A stretch of 64,000 nt of DNA from Candidatus Poribacteria bacterium (GCA_022823085.1 JAJDXV010000098.1:8828-72827); one strand, 5' to 3'; numbered from the stretch's first letter, positions 55,152 through 63,042 are shown. Numbers and translations are program-made. The notes: generated by a model not told the origin, from the letters alone.

Positions 55152-55298
55152 GTTAACAGTTCGGTGGGCAATACTTTCTACCGCCACCTGTCTCATACTG
55201 ACAAGTGCTACTCCCTTTAACTAGAATAGTGGCATTGCCATATCTAACTAACCGGGGTGCTTCGTAGGTTTTCTTTTCAGGCTTCAGCATCTTACGCA
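55152..55298 (-). CDS. Lasso precursor peptide B
   Basis: AAAGGAGGTG RBS. MRKMLKPEKKTYEAPRLVRYGNATILVK/GSSTCQYETGGGRKYCPPNC. Confidence 0.8.
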
Positions 55299-55370
55299 TC
55301 GTTTTCACCTCCTTTCATATATTAATTTAGACACTCGACTGAAAAGTCGCATTCCACTCGTTACTGAGTG

Positions 55371-55511
55371 TTAACAGTTATGGTTTCTACGAGTACATGA
55401 GCCATCATAGAGTGGGCTTCCACCACTTTTTACGAGCACCGTGGCGTTGCCGTAACTGACTAACCGGGGTGCTTCGTAGGTTTTCTTTTCAGGCTTCAGC
55501 ATCTTACGCAT
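55371..55511 (-). CDS. Lasso precursor peptide C
   Basis: Identical RBS and leader DNA to B. MRKMLKPEKKTYEAPRLVSYGNATVLVK/SGGSPLYDGSCTRRNHNC. Confidence 0.75.
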   Translation of the reverse strand: MRKMLKPEKKTYEAPRLVSYGNATVLVKSGGSPLYDGSCTRRNHNC

Positions 55512-55581
55512 CGTTTTCACCTCCTTTCATATATTAATTTAGATATGCGACGAAAAGGTCGCAAACCACTTATTAGAAACA

Positions 55582-55709
55582 TTAGGTGTTATTCCGAGCA
55601 CTTGATTCATACTGAACAATGCCAGAGCCTTTGATTAACGCGGTAGCATTGCCGTAGCTAACTGAGATACTTGATAGTCTTTCTTTGTTGACTTTAACAT
55701 CTTACGCAT
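55582..55709 (-). pseudogene. Decayed lasso precursor copy D
   Basis: No RBS. MRKMLKSTKKDYQVSQL, then a 4-nt deletion relative to its siblings. The shifted frame still reads YGNATALIK/GSGIVQYESSARNNT*. Confidence 0.65.
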
Positions 55710-55776
55710 TTTTTCTTTTTTCAAACTTTAATTTGCAAACATGACTGAAAAATCGAAAAACACTCGCTACCGAGTA

Positions 55777-55917
55777 TTAGTAATTAGAGTTTTTGCGAGT
55801 ACCTCCGCAATCAAGATTTTTGGTTCCACCATTTTTTATGAGCACCATGGCATTGCCGTAGCTGACCAACTGAGGTGTTTCGTAGGTTTTCTTTCCAGAT
55901 ATGAACATCTTACGCAT
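55777..55917 (-). CDS. Lasso precursor peptide E
   Basis: AAAGGA RBS. MRKMFISGKKTYETPQLVSYGNAMVLIK/NGGTKNLDCGGTRKNSNY. Confidence 0.7.
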   Translation of the reverse strand: MRKMFISGKKTYETPQLVSYGNAMVLIKNGGTKNLDCGGTRKNSNY

Positions 55918-56015
55918 TGTTTCTCACATCCTTTCATATCTAATTTAAAACTTGTTTGCGGTGTTAGGATCTGCGATCTACCTATTACAAACATTACTGA
56001 CACGGCTTGCTTTCT

Positions 56016-56053
56016 ATACTTAAGGACACAATTTCAGATTGAAAAGGATGCAG
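56016..56053 (-). promoter_or_regulatory. Conserved promoter-like motif, copy 7
   Basis: Minus strand CTGCATCCTTTTCAATCTGAAATTGTGTCCTTAAGTAT, ~100 nt upstream of precursor E. Confidence 0.5.
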
Positions 56054-56090
56054 AAGCAGATACCACCTACAACCCAAAGACCTTTTATTC

Positions 56091-56798
56091 CTATACGCTC
56101 CTCAAAGCTTCAAAATCGGCGTTAAAGAAGTTGCTGGATTCATAGGAGAGTGGGTGCCCAACGGATTTCACTTCTTGAATCTGTATTTCTATACCATAAT
56201 CTATCATCCGCTGGAGGGCATTTGTGAGCTGATATTTTCCATTTCGGAGGTGTCCTGCCTGAATCAACTCATCCAGACACGCAAAGAGCAATTTGCTTTC
56301 TCGAATGAAATAACATCCTGCAATCACTAAGTCTGTCCGTCTCGGTTTATGAATTAAGCATCCAACGATGCCATCTCTGAGTTCGACTAAACCGTAAGGT
56401 TTCTCATCAACGATACGCCGGACAGCAATTGTTGAGCACTGACTTTGCGTAAACGCTGTCCAGTTCAGATTTACGCCTGCTTCCGCCTCGACGATGAGCA
56501 GCGGTTCCTCAGAGATATGATTACTGGCTAACGAAATCGAGTGCCCTAATCCTTTTTCTTCCGTCTGTTCAATGAAAGAAGCCGTCATCTCACTATAGTT
56601 AGCCTCCATATAGGCTTGAATCGGGTTGGTTGGATAATCGGTGATAAATATAAACTCAGACACCGGCAGTTTGCACAAGGGTTGAATCAAATGTGTAAGA
56701 GTCGGGCGCCCCTTGTATTGAGGTAGCGGGTCAGAGATCCGATCTGTATGTGGTACGAACGGCGATGTGTTTTCTGTAAATGGAAAGATTACTTTCAT
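56091..56798 (-). CDS. Sugar-phosphate nucleotidyltransferase-like protein
   Basis: ...KGRPTLTHLIQPL...EKGLGHSISLA...EKPYGLVEL.DG.V..LIHKP...VIAGCYF...GKYQLTNALQRMIDYG... (NTP_transferase pattern). Confidence 0.55.
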   Translation of the reverse strand: MKVIFPFTENTSPFVPHTDRISDPLPQYKGRPTLTHLIQPLCKLPVSEFIFITDYPTNPIQAYMEANYSEMTASFIEQTEEKGLGHSISLASNHISEEPLLIVEAEAGVNLNWTAFTQSQCSTIAVRRIVDEKPYGLVELRDGIVGCLIHKPRRTDLVIAGCYFIRESKLLFACLDELIQAGHLRNGKYQLTNALQRMIDYGIEIQIQEVKSVGHPLSYESSNFFNADFEALRSV

Positions 56799-56821
56799 AG
56801 TTCACCTCATCTAGGTGCGGC

Positions 56822-57451
56822 TTACGCGCCTCCACGACACTTAAGAGTTTCATACTGAAGATAAGGTTGCAGCTTATCGCGGAGTTTCCGGTGTGCTTGA
56901 TATAAGTGGGTTTTAATGGTTCCTTCGGCCTTGCTCAAGCGCGAGGCAATCTCTTTTATCTTGAGTCCATCTTGGTAGCGGAGATTAAAAACGCGACGTT
57001 GGATGGGGGATAATCGACGCACGGCCACGCTCAAGAGGTGGTTGAATTCCTCCTTTTCAAGGATTTCATCGGGCGATGCGTGCGTCCCATCAATTTGAAG
57101 CCCATCCGCTACGGTCTCGGGTAACTCTGCGACTCCAAAAACGATTTCTCGCTTTTGTCTGCGGAGGAAATCAAGGCTACAATTGATAGCAATTCGGTGG
57201 AGCCAACTGTAAAATGCGGCACCTCTTCTAAAATTCGGTAGTGCCTGCCAGGCCTTAAGGAATACTTCTTGACAGAGATCTTCTGCTGTTTCAGAGTGGC
57301 GAACCCGCTTGTAAATCAAATTATAGATTCTTTGTTGGTATCTACACACAATTGGATTAAACGCCTGTGTATCGCCATTCTGGGTCCGCTGAATGAGCTC
57401 GGTGTCACTTAGAGCGTTGAACGAGTCACGCGTCGTTAATACCTCTTTCAT
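56822..57451 (-). CDS. ECF-type sigma-70 family factor
   Basis: From ATG 57451 (AAGGAG RBS): ...FNPIVCRYQQRIYNLIYKRVRHSETAEDLCQEVFLKAWQAL... (region 2) and ...LRYQDGLKIKEIASRLSKAEGTIKTHLYQAHRKLR (region 4). Confidence 0.85.
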   Translation of the reverse strand: MKEVLTTRDSFNALSDTELIQRTQNGDTQAFNPIVCRYQQRIYNLIYKRVRHSETAEDLCQEVFLKAWQALPNFRRGAAFYSWLHRIAINCSLDFLRRQKREIVFGVAELPETVADGLQIDGTHASPDEILEKEEFNHLLSVAVRRLSPIQRRVFNLRYQDGLKIKEIASRLSKAEGTIKTHLYQAHRKLRDKLQPYLQYETLKCRGGA

Positions 57452-57487
57452 GTTTTGCTCCTTAGATGATGCTATTCTTATCCTTTT

Positions 57488-57525
57488 ATAATTAATGACA
57501 CAATCTTGAAGGGAAAAGGGTGCAT
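57488..57525 (-). promoter_or_regulatory. Conserved promoter-like motif, copy 8
   Basis: Minus strand ATGCACCCTTTTCCCTTCAAGATTGTGTCATTAATTAT, ~40 nt upstream of the ECF sigma start. Confidence 0.5.
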
Positions 57526-57799
57526 GCGGTGGAAAATGGATGCGATGTGCTCGGATCCACGGGTGGGCTTGCGGAGTAGATGGGGTTCCTAAAGGACGGG
57601 GTTTCCACACCGAAGAATTTGATAGATAAAAGGGTGGTATCTGATACACCGGGGATATAATAGCAATGCAAGTCAAGCGCGAGAAGCTGCGATCAAGCGG
57701 ATCTTGGTCGAGGTCGGCATCTGTTAGCACTGACAGAGCAGGGGTCGCGAACGGGCATAAGAGTATTGAGGGTAAATCAGATTTGACCTATTTCAATTC

Positions 57800-57985
57800 C
57801 TTTCTGCCTTTTCGTCCTCATAAGCGGCGTTGATGGGTACGAGGATGTCTTGGCAGAACTCTTCAGCGAGGATGGCGTTGATTTCTGCGGTGACCTACCA
57901 CCTTTTTTGATACACTGCGAGGGAGGCGTGTTCAAGGAATCGTTATAGGACGATGTAGGATTGTATTCTTTCTATGGATGTGATT
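57800..57985 (-). pseudogene. Rep gene remnant (3' end), interrupted by IS3 sequence
   Basis: DNA is alignable with 7360-7540. The translation ...RIQSYIVL*..VTAEINAILAEEFCQDILVPINAAYEDEKAE compares with Rep ...RIQSYIVRQRL...MVTAEINAILAAEFCQDLIAPVQTAYEDEKEK. Confidence 0.7.
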
Positions 57986-58341
57986 CCGCTTGTCGATAGA
58001 TAGGCCTTTGAAAGATACTGTACACCTTGATCGGAATGATGTATCTCAGGGACGCTTCGGTGTAATGCTGCTTCCAGGGGTTTCAACGTCAGCGGTTGCA
58101 TCAGATGTTGACTGAGCTGCCACGCTCTAATCATCCGAGTGAAGACATCCATGAGTAGAAAAACATAGACGAAGCGTCCCTTGAGACGCACATAGGTAAT
58201 ATCAGACACCCAGACCTGATCCTGATGAGAGACATTAAGGGTTTCAAGACGGTTACGCCAAGGCTTCTCTCCCTGAAGCGATGTTGTTGTTTGACAGGCA
58301 CGCTTGACGGCGACCAACAGATTATGGGTTTGTACTGCCAT
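57986..58341 (-). pseudogene. IS3-family OrfB (rve/DDE integrase core) fragment, 5'-truncated
   Basis: ...DQVWVSDITYVRLKGRFVYVFLLMDVFTRMIRAWQLS...VPEIHHSDQGVQYLSKAYL. Its 5' end abuts the left end of the oppositely oriented IS3 copy. Confidence 0.7.
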
Positions 58342-58405
58342 CGGAAATTAGGGCCACCCCCTAAACCAAGATTGTATAATACAATCTCACTGAAAGGAGC
58401 ATCCG

Positions 58406-58690
58406 ATGGCGAAACGAAAACGAAGAAACTTCACCCCCGAGTTTAAAGCGGCGGTCGTTCTGGAGGCCCTCCGCGGTGAAAGTTCCCAAGCAGAACTGTG
58501 TCGTCGACACAACCTCAGCGATGACCAACTCTCGAAGTGGAAGCAGCAGTTTCTTGAAAATGCAGCGTCTCTCTTTGCATCGAACGATAAGGCATCTGAA
58601 GATGCTGCGGAACGCATCGCGCACCTTGAGCAGCTCGTTGGGCGGTTGACTGTGGCCCTGGACATCGAAAAAAAGCCTCAACCTGGTTGA
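58406..58690 (+). CDS. IS3-family transposase OrfA (HTH)
   Basis: 94 aa, classic IS3/IS911 OrfA N-terminus. Confidence 0.8.
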   Translation: MAKRKRRNFTPEFKAAVVLEALRGESSQAELCRRHNLSDDQLSKWKQQFLENAASLFASNDKASEDAAERIAHLEQLVGRLTVALDIEKKPQPG

Positions 58691-59438
58691 ACTGACCTCG
58701 GCTGAGAAGCGAAACCTCGTAGAGGCGTTGCGGGACGATTATTCAGTTCGAGAGATTTGCGAGACACTCGGTTTCCACCGGAGCCTTCTCTATTATCCCC
58801 GAAAAGCGACCCTTCTCAAAAGGTGCTTGAAGCGGAAATAGAGCAGTTATGTGCGCGGTATCCGACATAGGGGTATAGGCGTATCACCCACTTGCTGGTA
58901 AATGCGGGATACACGGTTGGGTATCGCCGTGTTGCCCGATTGCTGAAAGAAAAGCATCTCTGGGTTTCCGGTAAACGGGGTGCCTGTCAAACCACGAGAT
59001 CGCTTGAAGGGGCAAGGTTTCCGTGGGTCAATCGACTTGAAGCTCTTGACATCTGCAGACGCGATCAGGTCTGGGTTGGCGATATTACCTACGTCCGTCT
59101 GAAAAGACGCTTCGTCTGTGTTTTCTACTCATGGATGTCTTCAGTCGCATGATAAAAGAGTGGAAACTCAGTCAACATTGAAACCGCTCCAAGAAGCGTT
59201 GTGCCAAAGCGTCCCGGAGATCCACCATTCCGATCAAGGCGCGCAGTATCTTTCAAGTGCTTATATTTCCACCCTCACGCGTCATGGGATTGAGATTTCA
59301 TTAGCACAGAGAGGCTGCCCTTGGGAGAACGGATATGCTGAACGCCTCATCCGCACGCTCAAGGAAAAAGAAGTTTACCTCAATGCATATGAGGACATTC
59401 ACGAAGTGAGAGTCCGCATTGGTCGTTTTATCACATAG
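58690..59438 (+). pseudogene. IS3-family transposase OrfB, broken by stops/frameshifts
   Basis: The reading frame must be switched at least twice (a TAG after ...CARYPT, and a shift near 59120-59150). Confidence 0.7.
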
Positions 59439-59722
59439 GTGTATCATTAGAAACGCCACACTCGGCGTTAGGGTATTTGACACCTGTCGAGTTTCAGCAA
59501 AAAACCTTGTCTTAACTTTGCGAAATTGTGGTATAAATAAACGTATGCACTACAGAACCTATTTTCTGGCGACATCGCGCGTTGCAGGCATGCAATATTT
59601 CCTGTGAGTTTCACTGGTGTGTGAAATACACAGAAAAGTGAATGGTTTCCCATAAGGACGCAACCTGCACGCGACACGATCCGTCCAAACTTTAGTATAA
59701 GATATACACAGAGGAAAACGGT

Positions 59723-61507
59723 ATGAACATCCGCGTCGGTAACTTATCTTATAAAGCCACGGAAAAAGAACTTGAAGAACTTTTTAGTAAATACGGAAGA
59801 GTGGTCGAGGTTACAATTAATCGTCATCAAAGCGGTCGCTACAAAGGTCAATCGAACGGGACAGGTTTTGTGAGGATGGAGAACCAAGAAGAAAGTAAGC
59901 AAGCAATAAAAGCGTTGGATGGGCACATGCTGAGGAAACGGCCGCTAGCGTGTCAGGACGAGAAAGAGCATTTCTTCCACAATCCGTACACCTTTGTTCC
60001 GACCCCTCCGCGTCCGTTAAGTTGTATGTGTGCTGGTGATTTCGCTGGCGACTTCAACCCATTAAAGCATCCATGCGGGGAAGAACACAATCTATGCCAT
60101 GCATCTCTCAAGAAGCATCTCTGGACAGGACATATCCCGATTAAACTGACCGCTGTCACACCCATCGTCTTACTTAAGAATGATGGCACGGAACGGGATT
60201 CAAAGGAACACCAGGTTTATGATGTACACGACCACATTCCAGCACCCTCGTTACGTGGTATATTGCGTAGTGCCTACGAAGTGGTGACAAACTCGCGCTA
60301 CGGGTGTTTTGATACAGATCAATCGAAACAATTGCGCTCCCTTGACGAATCGCTGAGACCAGCAGAAAATATGGATCAACTGTCACCTGCGGATCGCTTG
60401 TTCGGGTGGACCCCACAAGGACAACAAGTTCATGGTGGTTATAAGGGCCGGATACGCGTTATCTGCGAAGAGGTGGTTTCTGCGAACGCTGCTCGTAAAG
60501 ACGAGGAGAAACCAGAAATCATCAAACGCTTTGAAGGCGGAGACCTCCCTCTGACAATCCTAAGTGCCCCGAAACCCTCCTATGCCCGTTTTTATGTCGC
60601 TAAAGATAAGCAAGGAACACCACAGTATGATGGGATTCCAAAAAAAGAAATTGCCTATGAGGGTTTACGAGGTCGAAAGCAATATTGGCATCATAGAGGT
60701 TTGGAAATAGACCCATCCAAAAGCGAACACGATCAGGAACAGGCGACAGCATATTGGCATCCATCTGTTGAAGATCGCACGCAGATTAAGCATAACGATC
60801 GGTATCAAGAATACCGCCGACCTGATGGGCATCGTAAAGGTCAAAATCCAAGTAGGGAAGATCAGAATCCAAGTGGTTGGCAGCAAAAGAACAAAGACAA
60901 CCGCTCTATTAAAGGGTGGATTCCGCCTGGTACTGTGTTTAAAGCGAGTTTGTACGTGCAAAATCTGGAATCTACAGAGGTTGGGGCTCTGCTTTGGCTC
61001 CTATCACTTAACGAGAAAAAATGTAAGGCAGATGACAAGCATTACTTTCGGATTGGGTACGGCAAGCCTTTAGGTTTCGGCAGTGTAACGATGGAAATTG
61101 ATGAAGATCGATGCCTAGATGGGTATCTGCCACTCAGCACCGGCAAAGATTTGGAAAATTACTACGCGTCCTTTGACGCGGATATGTCTTCATTGGCAAA
61201 GTTAGATCAGAACCAACGGAGTTGTTGTATTCAGAAATTTAAGACCAGTATGGAGCAAACCTACCCTGATAGAGGATCTTTTGACAAGCTTCTGTTCATT
61301 GAGAGATTTCTACAGGTTCTACGCGGTCCGAAAACAGATCTCTCGATTCACTATCCGCGGCTAACTTGTAAACCAAGTACGGCGGGTCAGAACTTTGACT
61401 GGTTTAATGTGAATGACGATAAAAACAAAGAAAAGGAAGGTCTAAAACTTTCACTACCATATGTAACCGAGAAAAAAGGACTGCCCTATAATCCACACAA
61501 AAAGTGA
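59723..61507 (+). CDS. RRM-domain fusion to a large RAMP-superfamily (Cas7/TIGR03986-like) protein
   Basis: Residues 1-~80 are an RRM (RNP2 IRVGNL, RNP1 NGTGFVRM, AIKALDGHMLRKRPL). Then come FFHNPYTFVP, IPAPSLRGILRSAYEVV, ADRLFGW, YKGRIRV and a C-terminal Gly-loop IGYGKPLGFGSV. Confidence 0.7.
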   Translation: MNIRVGNLSYKATEKELEELFSKYGRVVEVTINRHQSGRYKGQSNGTGFVRMENQEESKQAIKALDGHMLRKRPLACQDEKEHFFHNPYTFVPTPPRPLSCMCAGDFAGDFNPLKHPCGEEHNLCHASLKKHLWTGHIPIKLTAVTPIVLLKNDGTERDSKEHQVYDVHDHIPAPSLRGILRSAYEVVTNSRYGCFDTDQSKQLRSLDESLRPAENMDQLSPADRLFGWTPQGQQVHGGYKGRIRVICEEVVSANAARKDEEKPEIIKRFEGGDLPLTILSAPKPSYARFYVAKDKQGTPQYDGIPKKEIAYEGLRGRKQYWHHRGLEIDPSKSEHDQEQATAYWHPSVEDRTQIKHNDRYQEYRRPDGHRKGQNPSREDQNPSGWQQKNKDNRSIKGWIPPGTVFKASLYVQNLESTEVGALLWLLSLNEKKCKADDKHYFRIGYGKPLGFGSVTMEIDEDRCLDGYLPLSTGKDLENYYASFDADMSSLAKLDQNQRSCCIQKFKTSMEQTYPDRGSFDKLLFIERFLQVLRGPKTDLSIHYPRLTCKPSTAGQNFDWFNVNDDKNKEKEGLKLSLPYVTEKKGLPYNPHKK

Positions 61508-61574
61508 AGCGCAGATGTTTGCTACCCACGTAAGCAATATGAAGAGAATCTTCATGTCTAAAAGGAGGAACAAG

Positions 61575-63023
61575 ATGCAGATTGACGTTAGTAATATCCC
61601 CTTTAAAGCCACGGAAGAAGAGTTGAAAACGCACCTTGAGTGCCATGGTGAGGTTACCTCTGTGGAAATTGTCCTCGCAAAAAAAGGTAAATTCAAAGGT
61701 AAATCTACAGGAAAGGCAATCGTCAAGACGGCAACCACAGAAGATGGGTTTGCCATCATTGAAGCCCTGAATGATGTTGAGTTTCAGGAACGCTGTCTAA
61801 CGATCAAACCCAGAAGCGGGACACAAGTCATTTTCACAGTTGGGGCCAACGCTTTGCCTATTTGGGTGGCTTGGAAACACTTGGTAGATTTTAAGGTTCT
61901 GGAGGAAGAAATTTGTGTGCCGCCACCGATTCAGGTACGCCTCGTGTATACAGAAAACACGAGTTTACAGAAAGATCGTATCGTGTCTTCATGTTCACTT
62001 CCAGCAACGCCAGGGTATGTCTCTGAAAAGAGGGATACTGTGAGCAGGGACATCCTAACGTCGCCGGGGGCACCAGAAATCATCCGCAAAGACATCCAAC
62101 GATATATTTTTGGTAGTAATGACGATGGTTTACCAGATAACATTGATCATCTTCACGTCCACTACACCGGTGGTACCCAGGCGATGGGTGTCGAAACAGT
62201 GGCAACCATTGAATCGAAAGTAAGTAGTAATCAAAAGATTAACAATAAGGAAATCGGATTCAGTACCACCTACTTGAATGCCCGTGACGATAGCGACGTG
62301 CCAAAAATTATGGGACCGCATGGGGAACTTGTGGGCGACGCTCGCGTAGGTATTGATCTCGATCTTGAATTTATTGCTAAACTCAACGGCATTAAGATCA
62401 AGGAACCTAAGTCGACCTTGGATCACGAACGGCGAGAAAAGGCGTTGGAAGTTGTTAAAAATTGGGATACTGAGAGGAAGAACACCATTGTGTCTGGTGA
62501 TCTCAAGGGTCAACCTTCTTTTATGGAATTGTTGGATAGTTCTGAATCCAAGATGTTTTGTAAAAAGGGCGACCCATTGGAGTACGCAGCGTATGCGACT
62601 TTTGATTCAGTTCTCCAAGAGATCCAGTCTCAAAACTCTGATCGTAAGTATAAGCTCTACCATGATGTAAAGCGTGACCGGGGATCTGCCCCCGATTTTC
62701 AACTGGATGTGGTGGCAGTATTAGGATATCAGATTATCCTTATTTCTTGTGGGGTTTCCGGTAAGAGAACTGAGATCAAATGCAAAGCCATGGAGGCCTA
62801 TCATCGGACAAAACAACTCGGCGGTGATGAGGCACGAGCTGTGATGTTGTGCGGTCTCACTGGAGACAAGGCAGAGGACCTCCAAGAAGATTTAAAGGAT
62901 GATATTGGGACTGACCACGCGCACCTCCAAGTATGGGGAAAGGATAAGTGGCCTACAAACACCGCACCTAATGAGTTGGTTGAAGCAGTTAGAAAATACT
63001 TAAACAAACTGGGTTGGCAGTGA
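61575..63023 (+). CDS. RRM-domain fusion to a CARF-like Rossmann region and a PD-(D/E)xK-nuclease-like C-terminal region
   Basis: ATG at 61575 lies behind AAAGGAGGA. RRM: IDVSNIPFKATEEELKTHL...GKAIVKT...ALNDVEFQERCLTIKPR. CARF-like: VIFTVGANALPIWVA...HVHYTGGTQAMG. Nuclease-like: LEYAAY...FQLDVVAVLGYQIILISCGVSGK...QLGGDEARAVMLC. Confidence 0.55.
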   Translation: MQIDVSNIPFKATEEELKTHLECHGEVTSVEIVLAKKGKFKGKSTGKAIVKTATTEDGFAIIEALNDVEFQERCLTIKPRSGTQVIFTVGANALPIWVAWKHLVDFKVLEEEICVPPPIQVRLVYTENTSLQKDRIVSSCSLPATPGYVSEKRDTVSRDILTSPGAPEIIRKDIQRYIFGSNDDGLPDNIDHLHVHYTGGTQAMGVETVATIESKVSSNQKINNKEIGFSTTYLNARDDSDVPKIMGPHGELVGDARVGIDLDLEFIAKLNGIKIKEPKSTLDHERREKALEVVKNWDTERKNTIVSGDLKGQPSFMELLDSSESKMFCKKGDPLEYAAYATFDSVLQEIQSQNSDRKYKLYHDVKRDRGSAPDFQLDVVAVLGYQIILISCGVSGKRTEIKCKAMEAYHRTKQLGGDEARAVMLCGLTGDKAEDLQEDLKDDIGTDHAHLQVWGKDKWPTNTAPNELVEAVRKYLNKLGWQ

Positions 63024-63042
63024 ACTGCTAAGGATACACCAT

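Larger units (their letters stand above)
58348..59521 (+). mobile_element. IS3-family insertion sequence with an intact-looking orfA and a decayed orfB
   Basis: OrfA MAKRKRRNFTPEFKAAVVLEALRGESSQAELCRRHNLSDDQLSKWKQQF.... OrfB pieces carry ...DQVWVGDITYVRLKRRFV... and ...HHSDQGAQYLSSAY...CPWENGYAERLIRTLKEKE.... The ends match the miniature copy at 12606-12931. Confidence 0.8.

Noticed and set aside
54400-56000. Regularly spaced ~140-220-bp repeats that could be mistaken for a CRISPR-like array
   Set aside because: The repeated part is coding sequence (a lasso leader with its RBS). The units are 210-230 bp apart and variable in length, and there is no short palindromic repeat/spacer structure. 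The iteron arrays (496-697, 8718-8833) and the 8-bp arrays are not CRISPRs either. No CRISPR array was found in the window.
55009-56145. Plus-strand track ORFs 55009..55224 and 55741..56145
   Set aside because: They run antisense to the precursor genes and the promoter motif, lack RBSs, and have no recognisable features.
56822-57730. Long 302-aa version of the ECF sigma ORF
   Set aside because: The N-terminal 93 codons run through the conserved promoter-like motif (57488-57525) and have no sigma similarity. An ATG with an AAGGAG RBS at 57451 gives a normal 209-aa ECF sigma.
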